A stretch of 64,000 nucleotides of DNA from Candidatus Pacearchaeota archaeon (GTDB taxonomy: Archaea; Nanobdellota; Nanobdellia; Pacearchaeales; GW2011-AR1). Below are positions 56,795 through 64,000 of this stretch, piece by piece. Numbering within the stretch: the first letter of the stretch is position 1; every line of letters begins with the position of its first letter. Made by a program: the position numbers and the translations under genes. Under the pieces are notes generated by a model. It saw only the letters and a program-made list of their open reading frames with translations. It was not told where the DNA came from and ran no database searches. The stretch is taken from the NCBI GenBank assembly GCA_018303995.1, contig JAGVXB010000002.1:5916-69915 (forward strand). The letters run 5' to 3'.

Positions 56795-56845
56795 TATTTA
56801 TTTTTGATGCTTTATTATTTAAGGATATGTTTACTTTATCAGTAT

Positions 56846-57199
56846 TTACTTTTTTCTATAACCAAACTTCTTATTGTATGTTGGATGGTCTATGATATCA
56901 AGCACGAATGCAATTATTTCTATTTCTGAATTGCCCGCTGTTACACTATATAGCATTCTCCAAAAATCAGGCAGTTCTACTCTGTGTAAATTATTTATTC
57001 GATATTTTTCTTTATATTCTTCTGGGATCAAATCCTTTGCGATTGGCTCCCCATATTGAAAATTATTCTTTATTAGCTCTATTTTGTAATTAACTGCTTT
57101 CAAGATCATTCTCTCTTTTTTAGAGAATGGAGATCTGCTGTTTAGATGATCATAAACTTCTTTGGCTTCTAAAGATAAAACAACATTGACTTCTTTCAT
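56846..57199 (-). CDS. RelE/ParE-superfamily-like toxin (tentative)
   Basis: HRVELPDFWRMLYSV...IEIIAFVLDIIDHPTYNKKF resembles RelE-fold C-terminal strands. There is a 4-nt overlap with the upstream small gene. Confidence 0.4.
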   Translation of the reverse strand: MKEVNVVLSLEAKEVYDHLNSRSPFSKKERMILKAVNYKIELIKNNFQYGEPIAKDLIPEEYKEKYRINNLHRVELPDFWRMLYSVTAGNSEIEIIAFVLDIIDHPTYNKKFGYRKK

Positions 57200-57474
57200 A
57201 TAGAGTATCCTTCAGATATCGCTTTTCTTAAAATTGGATTTTCATTATGTATCCAACTTATTCCGCGAACGCCAAAGGCAATTTTATTGCTTTTTTCTAG
57301 ATATTGCAGAATTATAATGAGAGTATTATGATTTACTTGGCGAGGCAGTTTTCTTTTAAGCTCGGCTACTGTAATTACACTATCGTTATTTTCTCTTATA
57401 GCCTCCTCTACCATAATTACAGTATTTAGAGTTGGCCAGTGCGTTACTTTCATTCCTTCTAACTTTTGTGACAT
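57196..57474 (-). CDS. putative cognate antitoxin / small DNA-binding protein
   Basis: 92 aa, translationally coupled to 56846-57199. Confidence 0.35.
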   Translation of the reverse strand: MSQKLEGMKVTHWPTLNTVIMVEEAIRENNDSVITVAELKRKLPRQVNHNTLIIILQYLEKSNKIAFGVRGISWIHNENPILRKAISEGYSI

Positions 57475-57587
57475 ATTAATATGTTTTAGTTATTTAGTTA
57501 TATCTAATAATTACTAATTAGTATTTAAGCTTTTCTATTTTTAATTGATATGAAAATGTTTAAATACATCAATATGTATGCAATGTT

Positions 57588-57824
57588 ATGCAAGTAGCAG
57601 ATGAACAAACTAGTATTCGAGTAAGTAAACGCATACTTCATTTACTTCAGAGTATGAAAACCTATTCTAAAGAGAGTTATGATGAGGTTATTTGGAATTT
57701 AATAGAACCTCATCTTGAACTTAATGAAAAAACTAAGAGGTCTATAGAAGAATCTAGAAAAGAAATTGAAAAAGGGAATTATTACACTCTTGAAGAAATT
57801 GAAGAAAAATACGGGTTGAAGTGA
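57588..57824 (+). CDS. putative antitoxin
   Basis: 78 aa, with a 4-nt overlap with the downstream RelE-like gene. Confidence 0.5.
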   Translation: MQVADEQTSIRVSKRILHLLQSMKTYSKESYDEVIWNLIEPHLELNEKTKRSIEESRKEIEKGNYYTLEEIEEKYGLK

Positions 57825-58078
57825 TGAAAATAATTTTTTCTGATAAGGCAGATAAACAGTTATCTAGATTAAATCCTTTTATAGCCGATAAAATTATTAA
57901 ATCTATAAGGAAATTCCAAAATGGCGAACGTGTTGATATCCAAAAATTGCATGGAAGATTAAATGAATTTCGTATTAGGGTTGGCGATTATAGAGTTATT
58001 TTGGAGAAACTTCCAAACGGAGACTTTTCAGTTTTAGAGATAGGTCAAAGAGAAAATATTTACTTTTTTGAATTCTAA
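57821..58078 (+). CDS. relE: RelE/ParE-family toxin
   Basis: KADKQLSRL...FRIRVGDYRVILE...VLEIGQRENIY is the classic RelE/ParE pattern. Confidence 0.8.
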   Translation: MMKIIFSDKADKQLSRLNPFIADKIIKSIRKFQNGERVDIQKLHGRLNEFRIRVGDYRVILEKLPNGDFSVLEIGQRENIYFFEF

Positions 58079-59055
58079 ATATCTTCTTTGCTGCCTGCTA
58101 AGACGAAAGAAGCTAGTAAGGCTTGAAGCTGAACAAATTCGTCGCTGCCTTCTACTATTCTGAATTCAGCTTCTCCTGTTTTTTCTGTGAGTCTTACTTT
58201 TATTTGAGGCTCTATCTGCAAAGTCCATATTTCTTTTTGAATTGCTTTTATTATGTCTGTTCCGCCTACACTTTCTTTCAACATTATGTCTAGAAGTTTT
58301 TCTCTTGCATTTAGGAAGTCTCCTGCTAGTGCGTAATCTAAAACAATTTTCACATTTGTCGGCTTTGCCGATGCGGCAATCATCTTGACTATTTCTGAAT
58401 TAATGTCCAGGGCTATTGATGCTGTTGCTTGTAAAAGGTTTATGGCTCTTCTGCAGTCGCCTTCAGACATTTCATATAAAGTCTCTAGAGCGTCTTCAGT
58501 TATTTTTAGCTTTTCTTTTTCGGCTATTTTTTTTATTACTGAGACAATGTCTTTTTTTTCTAATAATTTGAATCTGAAAACGACACAACGTGATTGGATT
58601 GGATCGATAATTTTTGATGAGTAGTTGCATGACATGATAAATCTGCATGTGTTTGTGTAGTTTTCCATTGTTCTTCTTAATGCTTGTTGGGCTTCTTGTG
58701 TTAATGCGTCTGCTTCGTCTAGAAAGATTACTTTAAATGAGACGCTTCCGATTGATTTTGTTCTTGCGAAGTCTTTTACTTTTTGTCTTACTACGTCGAT
58801 TCCTCGCTCGTCAGATGCGTTTAATTCCAAGTAGTTTTCTTTCCATTTGTCTTTGAAAAGTTCTTTTACGATTATTAATGCTAATGTTGATTTTCCTGTG
58901 CCTGAAGGGCCTGCAAACATTATGTGGGGAATGTTCATTGCTTGCACTAGTGCGCTTGCTCTTTTTACTATTTCTTGTTGTCCAACTACGTCGTCAAATA
59001 CCGACGGTCTGTATTTTTCAGTCCATATTTCACTTTGGCTCATGTTATCTTTCAT
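58075..59055 (-). CDS. rfcS: replication factor C small subunit
   Basis: WTEKYRPSVFDDVVGQ, GPSGTGKST, FLDEADALT and the QSRC (SRC) motif. Confidence 0.92.
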   Translation of the reverse strand: MKDNMSQSEIWTEKYRPSVFDDVVGQQEIVKRASALVQAMNIPHIMFAGPSGTGKSTLALIIVKELFKDKWKENYLELNASDERGIDVVRQKVKDFARTKSIGSVSFKVIFLDEADALTQEAQQALRRTMENYTNTCRFIMSCNYSSKIIDPIQSRCVVFRFKLLEKKDIVSVIKKIAEKEKLKITEDALETLYEMSEGDCRRAINLLQATASIALDINSEIVKMIAASAKPTNVKIVLDYALAGDFLNAREKLLDIMLKESVGGTDIIKAIQKEIWTLQIEPQIKVRLTEKTGEAEFRIVEGSDEFVQLQALLASFVLAGSKEDI

Positions 59056-59101
59056 AATTTGTTTATTATAAAGATTTGTGTGTTTTCATTCATTATTTTT
59101 C

Positions 59102-59182
59102 ATATGTCAAAGTGTTTGAATTGAATCGTAACACTTTGAGCATCCAAAAGTTTACGTATGATTTCAAAAACTTTTTGATATA
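59102..59182 (+). repeat. dispersed hairpin repeat, copy C
   Basis: ATATGTCAAAGTGTTTGAATTGAATCGTAACACTTTGAGCATCCAAAAG...TCAAAAACTTTTTGATATA. Confidence 0.85.
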
Positions 59183-59219
59183 ACTATTGTGGTGACATAA
59201 AGCTTATTACTTTGTTTTA

Positions 59220-59717
59220 TTGATTGTTTTTGTGGTAAAAGCATATACTTCTAATGGAGATGAGGGATTTACTAAAGATTTTTCTGGAAAGCATTATTTG
59301 AAAGATGATTTGATGATTGTTATTAATGGTAAGGTTGATAGTTTGCAGAGTGCTTTGGATATGGCTCTTTTTTTGGATACTCATCATTCTGTTTTTTTGA
59401 AGAAAGTTCAGCAAAAATTATGGCAGGCCTCTGGGGAGATTGCTAATTGTCCTGGTGATTGTTTGAATGCTCCGATTACTGATTTGGATTTGAAAGAACT
59501 TGAGGAATATATTGATTCTTTAGGTGAGCCTCCTAATAAGTTCGTTAGATTTACTAATGAAACGAGTATGTGGTTTAATGAGTGTCGTGTGCGTTGTCGT
59601 GAATTGGAGACTTTTTTAGTTAAGATGTTTAGAGATGGTAATGTTCGAAGTGAGGTTTATAGGTATATTAATCGTTTGAGTAGTCTGTTTTTTATGATGG
59701 GATATAAAGCTAGTTAG
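59220..59717 (+). CDS. PduO-type ATP:cob(I)alamin adenosyltransferase
   Basis: YTSNGDEGFT N-terminal motif and four-helix-bundle-length protein. The start codon is uncertain. Confidence 0.7.
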   Translation: MIVFVVKAYTSNGDEGFTKDFSGKHYLKDDLMIVINGKVDSLQSALDMALFLDTHHSVFLKKVQQKLWQASGEIANCPGDCLNAPITDLDLKELEEYIDSLGEPPNKFVRFTNETSMWFNECRVRCRELETFLVKMFRDGNVRSEVYRYINRLSSLFFMMGYKAS

Positions 59718-59772
59718 AATTGGTATTTTTTAGTGCAATAATGTTTATAATCTGTTTAAATAGATTATTTAT

Positions 59773-60132
59773 ATGGCTCTACAACATTATGTTCAATGGG
59801 TTGATGCTCCTGGTTGTAAGACTTCTTTTAAAGAGGGAAGAGCAGGAATACAACAGTTAACTGCTGAAAAGGTTTTTTCTCCAGATCACTCTTTTAATTT
59901 GCTTATTGCTAAAACAACTCTTTACGAAGGGTGCGATCTTTCTTCCAAACTGCTTCCTCTTGTGGTTGCTATGCGGGAAAGGAAAAGAGGCGAAGGGCGT
60001 AATGACTTTTATTCATTTGATAATCATGGTATTTGTTTATCTCATGGTTATTCAATAGCTAAAGATGGTAAACTCGTAGTAGATGAAGCTCATGATACTG
60101 ATGTTGGTAGGCTTATTGAGCGTGGGGATTAA
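59773..60132 (+). CDS. hypothetical protein (119 aa)
   Basis: ORF only. Confidence 0.4.
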   Translation: MALQHYVQWVDAPGCKTSFKEGRAGIQQLTAEKVFSPDHSFNLLIAKTTLYEGCDLSSKLLPLVVAMRERKRGEGRNDFYSFDNHGICLSHGYSIAKDGKLVVDEAHDTDVGRLIERGD

Positions 60133-60288
60133 TTATGGAATTAATTGGAGATTATAATGTTCCTATGCCTTTAACAATACACCCGACAGTTATTGATTTA
60201 AGAAATAATTGTTTAGAGGAATAAGAGTTACTTATTTTTTAGTTAAAACTTATTCAATTCTCGTAATTCTAGACATTAAGAATTATTT

Positions 60289-60405
60289 TTAACCTGCGTT
60301 TGCTCTACGCATTTTACGTTTTCGCTTTTCTTTCTTTAAACGTTTGCGTTGCCACTTCCATCGCATTTGACCTTTCTTTTTCCAGCGTCTTGATGAGCGT
60401 TTCAT
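60289..60405 (-). CDS. rpl41e: ribosomal protein L41e (38 aa), absent from the ORF track
   Basis: Hand translation gives MKRSSRRWKKKGQMRWKWQRKRLKKEKRKRKMRRANAG. This matches the archaeal L41e pattern KRSSRRWKKKG.MRWKW. Confidence 0.75.
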   Translation of the reverse strand: MKRSSRRWKKKGQMRWKWQRKRLKKEKRKRKMRRANAG

Positions 60406-60436
60406 GTTATGGTGTTAATTTTATGCTTTTTAAAGC

Positions 60437-61516
60437 TTACGAGAAATAGGTCCTCTTGATATTATCTATTTCTGTCTTGAAGATTTGTGCTTTTTCTTCT
60501 CCTATTATGTCTTTGTAAGAGTTCATGTTTGAGTGGATTGTTTTTCCTAGGCTGGTAAGTGTTTTTGTTAATAGGGCGATGTCTGATTCTTCTAGGGATG
60601 TTTTTGATAATATTCTCCATCCTCTTATGTTGTCTACTTTTTTGTTGTTTTCGTAAGCCAGGGATTTGATTATATTTTCTGAATCTATGAGTTCTTCATA
60701 TGAAAGACCGTTAACTAGGGTTCTTGATTTTTTAAAATCAAGTTTGGTGTAGTCTTTTATTACTAAGTTTATTTCTTTTTCAATATTCGCAGTTAACTCT
60801 TTAAGTCTGGTTTTTATTATTGTTCCTTCATTGCCTAGTTCTAATATTTTTATATCGCTAGCCATTTTTTCTATTAGTCTGCCTTTTTGTAATACTATTG
60901 AGGCTTGTTCTATATTAGGATAGTTTCTAAGTTCCATTTGAGTTAATTTTTCAACGTGATGGTCAAATAATTCTCTTTGTTTTTCTATGACTTGGGTTTG
61001 TTCGTTAACTTTTCTTAATACTTCGTTTACATTTTTTACTATGTGTCTGAAATTTTTGTAATATGCAGTTATCTCATTTCTTCTTTCTGAAACAGTTACA
61101 ACTAATGTATTCATCATTTTTGCAGTTCTTTCTGCCGTTCTGTGTCTTGTTCCTGTTTCTTTCGTAGATATTTTTTTGTCAGGATAGATCATTACATTTG
61201 CTTGAGTGATTCTTTTCATGTCTTTTGATAAAATAATTGCTCCGTCCATTTTAGATAACTCTACTATTTTTTGAGGTACAAATTTACTATTTATTTTAAA
61301 ACCGCCGTCGAGGATTGAGTGTATTCCTTCTATTTCTACTACTATTATCGCTCCTTTTTTTGCACTTACTACTCCTTCAAGAGCAGTTCTAAAGTTTGTT
61401 CCTGGAGATAGGACTCTTAGAATATGGTCTATTTCCTCTTTTGTTGCTTTGTTTTTTCCATTTTTTTCAGATTCTTCTTGCATAATTTGCGCTTGAACCT
61501 CTATTTTTTCTTCCAT
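60437..61516 (-). CDS. disA: DisA-type diadenylate cyclase (DAC domain, helical linker, HhH-like tail)
   Basis: The motifs GAIIVV, MDGAIIL and TGTRHRTAERTAK are DAC signatures. The tail IIGEEKAQIFKTEIDNI resembles a DisA HhH. Confidence 0.8.
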   Translation of the reverse strand: MEEKIEVQAQIMQEESEKNGKNKATKEEIDHILRVLSPGTNFRTALEGVVSAKKGAIIVVEIEGIHSILDGGFKINSKFVPQKIVELSKMDGAIILSKDMKRITQANVMIYPDKKISTKETGTRHRTAERTAKMMNTLVVTVSERRNEITAYYKNFRHIVKNVNEVLRKVNEQTQVIEKQRELFDHHVEKLTQMELRNYPNIEQASIVLQKGRLIEKMASDIKILELGNEGTIIKTRLKELTANIEKEINLVIKDYTKLDFKKSRTLVNGLSYEELIDSENIIKSLAYENNKKVDNIRGWRILSKTSLEESDIALLTKTLTSLGKTIHSNMNSYKDIIGEEKAQIFKTEIDNIKRTYFS

Positions 61517-61638
61517 TTTTATTTTATGCTGAACTTATATTTAACTTTAATTGTTTTTTTGCTGGTTTTTTGCTATTTTTTCTGATTTCTGTTTGGGGAA
61601 AATCCTTAAATAGTGTTTTCATTGCTTTTGGGTAAGAA

Positions 61639-61711
61639 AGCCCCATCGAATAGTGGTCAAGTTCGCAGCCCTCTGGCGGCTGAAACCTCGGTTCGAATCC
61701 GAGTGGGGCTA
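61639..61711 (+). tRNA. tRNA-Gln (anticodon CUG)
   Basis: Hand-folded: acceptor AGCCCCA/TGGGGCT, D arm GAAT/GTTC, anticodon arm CAGCC-CTCTGGC-GGCTG, T arm CTCGG-TTCGAAT-CCGAG, discriminator A. Confidence 0.88.
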
Positions 61712-61767
61712 TTAACTGTAATCTGGATTCAAAGAGTTCATAGATTTGATGAGCTTTGGCGAATCTA

Positions 61768-62124
61768 TTAGATTTTGACAATTTCTATTGCATAAATACC
61801 ATACTTTTTTACACTTTCTTTGTAGCCTTCTAGGCGATTATAGCTTTCTATGCCTTCTTCAATAGTGCCTTGACTTGATAGAACTCTTTTTATGCCTTCA
61901 GTTTCTAGCATTAATCTTATGGTTTTATAGTGTCTTATTCCTAATACTCTGACTTTCATAGTTTTTTTATTTTCATTATTAGTAAAAACTATTATATCTC
62001 CTGCTTTAAATTTATCAAATTGTATGTTTTTATCAAGGCCTGTAGGAACTCGGCCCTCTATTTTCTTTATGCCGCTCTTTATAGATTCAAAAGGTCTTGA
62101 ATTAAGAGATAAGGAATATTTCAT
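61768..62124 (-). CDS. ASCH-domain protein
   Basis: LNSRPFESIKSGIKKIEGRV...GDIIVF pattern; 118 aa. Confidence 0.55.
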   Translation of the reverse strand: MKYSLSLNSRPFESIKSGIKKIEGRVPTGLDKNIQFDKFKAGDIIVFTNNENKKTMKVRVLGIRHYKTIRLMLETEGIKRVLSSQGTIEEGIESYNRLEGYKESVKKYGIYAIEIVKI

Positions 62125-62200
62125 AAATAAGTTATGGGCATTTCATTTTTAACTATTTCTAAGTCTGTTTAGTTAACTTTATATTTCATAATTCATTAGA

Positions 62201-62416
62201 TTGTTGATGGGTGAGCATGATTATAGGGGAAGATTGACTATTTTGCCTTCTGATTTATATTTTTCTGACGATGTGAGAATGGTTACTCTTCCAGATGATG
62301 ATGAAGTCAGAAAGACTTGGGTAGAGATTGACAGAAGAGCTTTGGACAGTTATGAAAGATCGTATCAAGAACATATGAGCGTATTGGGAGAAATGGGAAA
62401 CATGCCTCTTGATTAA
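62201..62416 (+). CDS. hypothetical protein (71 aa)
   Basis: ORF only. Confidence 0.3.
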   Translation: MLMGEHDYRGRLTILPSDLYFSDDVRMVTLPDDDEVRKTWVEIDRRALDSYERSYQEHMSVLGEMGNMPLD

Positions 62417-62446
62417 ATTTATAATCTTATTCTTATTTGATATATT

Positions 62447-62998
62447 ATGAAGAGGCTGTTTATTTTTACATATCCCAAACTGACTTTGTATTTTATCGCA
62501 ATAGTTGTTGCTTATTTTGTTTTTCAGATTCCTTCTGTTTATGGTATGGTTGTTTCTTTTGATAGTTTGATTTATTTGGCAATATTCTTTGGCGGTTTGC
62601 TTTTTTCTGCTGGTTTTTCAACGCCTATTGCGACTGGTTTCTTTTTAGCTTTGAGTCCTCCTGATATTTATATTGCTGCCCTTGTTGGGGGTTTCGGTGC
62701 TTTAATTGCTGACCTTGGTATATTTTCATTTATTAGATTGTCTTTTATGGATGAGTTTAAGCTTTTGAAACATAACTCTTTTGTAAGGCATATTTCTTCT
62801 GGCGTTGGAATGATAGTTCCTAAAAAACTACGTAGCTTTTTAGTTTATGTTTTAGTTGTGTTTATTATTGCTTCTCCTTTGCCTGATGAGCTTGGTGTTG
62901 CTTTGCTTGCTGGTTTTACTAAAGTTCATCCTTATGGTTTTGCGATGATGAGCTATATTGGGAATACTTTGGGAATTTATTTGCTTTTGATTATTTAA
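62447..62998 (+). CDS. multi-pass membrane protein
   Basis: About five hydrophobic helices. Confidence 0.5.
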   Translation: MKRLFIFTYPKLTLYFIAIVVAYFVFQIPSVYGMVVSFDSLIYLAIFFGGLLFSAGFSTPIATGFFLALSPPDIYIAALVGGFGALIADLGIFSFIRLSFMDEFKLLKHNSFVRHISSGVGMIVPKKLRSFLVYVLVVFIIASPLPDELGVALLAGFTKVHPYGFAMMSYIGNTLGIYLLLII

Positions 62999-63002
62999 CG
63001 TG

Positions 63003-63079
63003 TTGACATAGAAAAAACAATATTCTTTGTTTTTGGGATGCTCAAAGTGTTACTGTTCAATTCAAACACTTTGACATAG
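63003..63079 (-). repeat. dispersed hairpin repeat, copy D (inverted orientation)
   Basis: The reverse complement reads CTATGTCAAAGTGTTTGAATTGAACAGTAACACTTTGAGCATCCCAAAAA. It lies about 30 nt upstream of the tRNA-like RNA. Confidence 0.85.
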
Positions 63080-63111
63080 TTTTTTAAAGCGTTCTGTTTA
63101 GTTTTCTTTAG

Positions 63112-63369
63112 GCCCTTGTAGAATAGTGGTCAAGTTCACTGCCCTCTCGAACGGGTTTTACTCGCATGTGAGGTGATGTCGTTGAGACTATATCTGTGCT
63201 CTCTACGAGCAACATGATCTCAGCTGTCGCTTAGGCGATAGTGGAGAACGGCACTGAAGTGTCGCCCTACACTTCAGTCCCTCCAACTCTTACGAGTTGA
63301 AGGAATCCCGGCAGGGGCATGGCGAGGAGCAGAGAGATCCCTAAACCCCTCTGCCCTCGCCTCTTTTTT
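63112..63369 (+). ncRNA. GC-rich structured RNA with a tRNA-Glu(CUC)-like 5' half; identity unresolved
   Basis: Positions 63112-63150 fold as acceptor strand, D arm and anticodon strand plus loop (CTCTCGA). The D arm is identical over 17 nt to tRNA-Gln. At least five local hairpins follow. CAGGGGC-A at 63312-63319 can pair with the 5' GCCCTTG. The RNA ends in a GC hairpin plus a T6 run. Confidence 0.55.
63321..63369 (+). terminator. GC-rich hairpin followed by a T-run
   Basis: GGCGAGGaGCAGAG...CTCTGCCCTCGCC stem (63321-63361), then CTCTTTTTT. Confidence 0.55.
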
Positions 63370-63383
63370 GGAAAAGAATAAAT

Positions 63384-63474
63384 ATAGCAAAGGACGCTCT
63401 AATTTCCCCACTTTCGCGCCTTTGCTATCTAGCGAAAGACGACTAATCTGGGAAAAAACAAAAGTCTTTCGCTA
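63384..63474 (+). other. two tandem, related long-loop hairpins
   Basis: ATAGCAAAGGACGC...GCGCCTTTGCTAT (63384-63428) and TAGCGAAAGAC...GTCTTTCGCTA (63430-63474). Differences between the two arms are compensated. Confidence 0.6.
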
Positions 63475-63500
63475 TACTCTAAATTTTAGTATTTTACACA

Positions 63501-63743
63501 ATGAGTAAAGATGTGGGTGTGGATAGTGGTGGAAGAGATGTTACTAATTATGATTTAGATTTAACTAAAAGACTTGGTGATAAAAATTCTAGAATAAGCC
63601 CTTCGCATATACCTCCAATGTTTTATTTAACTAGAGCCTTGGGTTTAGAATTTTGTTCTAATGGAGATGTTCGGAGATATGAGCCTGTTGTGGAAAGAGG
63701 TAAAATTATAGATGGGCGTTTCGGCAGTCCTGGGCCTGCTTAG
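63501..63743 (+). CDS. hypothetical protein (80 aa)
   Basis: ORF only. Confidence 0.35.
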   Translation: MSKDVGVDSGGRDVTNYDLDLTKRLGDKNSRISPSHIPPMFYLTRALGLEFCSNGDVRRYEPVVERGKIIDGRFGSPGPA

Positions 63744-63785
63744 TAAGATATTTATAGAACTAAATGCTTCAGATTTTGAGGAAAA

Positions 63786-64000
63786 ATGGTGAATTGGGTA
63801 TTTATTGGAATTATATTGCTTGCAGTCGTGCTTTTTTTTAAGATTACCTCTTTCAGGTATGAGAAATGGTGGACTTATTCAATAGGGATTCTTTTTATTT
63901 TTATTTTGTTTTCATTTTTTAACGTCGTACGTACTAATGATATTGACCTATACACATTCGAAGGTTTTGTTTCTGGATTAAAGTCTTATGCTTACTGGGT
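63786..64000 (+). CDS. membrane protein, 3'-truncated by the window edge
   Basis: Hand translation gives MVNWVFIGIILLAVVLFFKITSF...IGILFIFILFSFF. It is open to the end of the window. Confidence 0.35.
   Translation, partial: MVNWVFIGIILLAVVLFFKITSFRYEKWWTYSIGILFIFILFSFFNVVRTNDIDLYTFEGFVSGLKSYAYW

Noticed and set aside
60135-60224. A 29-codon ORF (MELIGDYNVPMPLTIHPTVIDLRNNCLEE) overlapping the stop of 59773-60132.
   Set aside because: It has no recognisable motif and is very short. Unlike the L41e, ferredoxin and RHH ORFs, nothing supports it beyond being open.
61524-61781. An 85-aa minus-strand ORF.
   Set aside because: It spans tRNA-Gln (61639-61711), and its central residues are the reverse translation of the tRNA. 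This is not a credible gene.
14558-63079. I considered whether the recurring hairpin repeats form a CRISPR array.
   Set aside because: The copies are tens of kb apart, in both orientations and in different intergenic regions. There are no regularly spaced spacers and no cas genes in the window.
63112-63369. I considered whether the GC-rich RNA is SRP (7S) RNA or RNase P RNA.
   Set aside because: I found no GGAA/GNAR-capped helix 8 flanked by AGG and AGCA loops. I also found no GGAAAGUCC-type CR-I with a matching CR-V. GAAGGAATCCCGGC only loosely resembles CR-I and sits near the 3' end. This cannot be excluded without a covariance-model search, so the region is reported as unresolved.

Overview
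This 64 kb window is AT-rich and densely coding. From the gene content I infer a small-genome archaeon of the DPANN type. Archaeal core genes include CDC48/VAT, family-B DNA polymerase, FEN1, RFC large and small subunits, TFS, type-2 methionine aminopeptidase, SEC11-type signal peptidase, a NOP2/Sun m5C methyltransferase, Trm5/Met-10-like methyltransferase, L41e, Fe/Mn SOD, a CDP-alcohol phosphatidyltransferase and a DisA-type diadenylate cyclase. There are two clear tRNAs, Lys-UUU and Gln-CUG. No rRNA or CRISPR array was seen. Between the core genes lie accessory blocks. (1) Two paralogous giant beta-helix surface proteins with near-identical internal cassettes and duplicated promoters. (2) A run of paralogous multi-pass membrane proteins (32-38 kb). 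(3) A 4-gene operon whose products share an unusual (I/L)P(R/Q)LPSL N-terminal motif (38.4-40.6 kb). (4) Toxin-antitoxin modules and a HerA-like ATPase carrying a P-loop mini-intein with a broken reading frame. (5) A tightly packed 8-gene operon (49.5-55.6 kb) with two lipobox beta-rich proteins, three unknown paralogues, a SAM methyltransferase, a DHH-like protein and a radical SAM enzyme. I could not assign this operon to any known system. On the non-coding side there is a dispersed family of about 70-145 bp hairpin repeats (5 copies), a tandem 32-bp duplication of the 3' end of tRNA-Lys, and a GC-rich structured RNA of about 260 nt whose first 38 nt look like a tRNA-Glu 5' half. All functional calls rest on motifs read by eye. 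No database searches were run.
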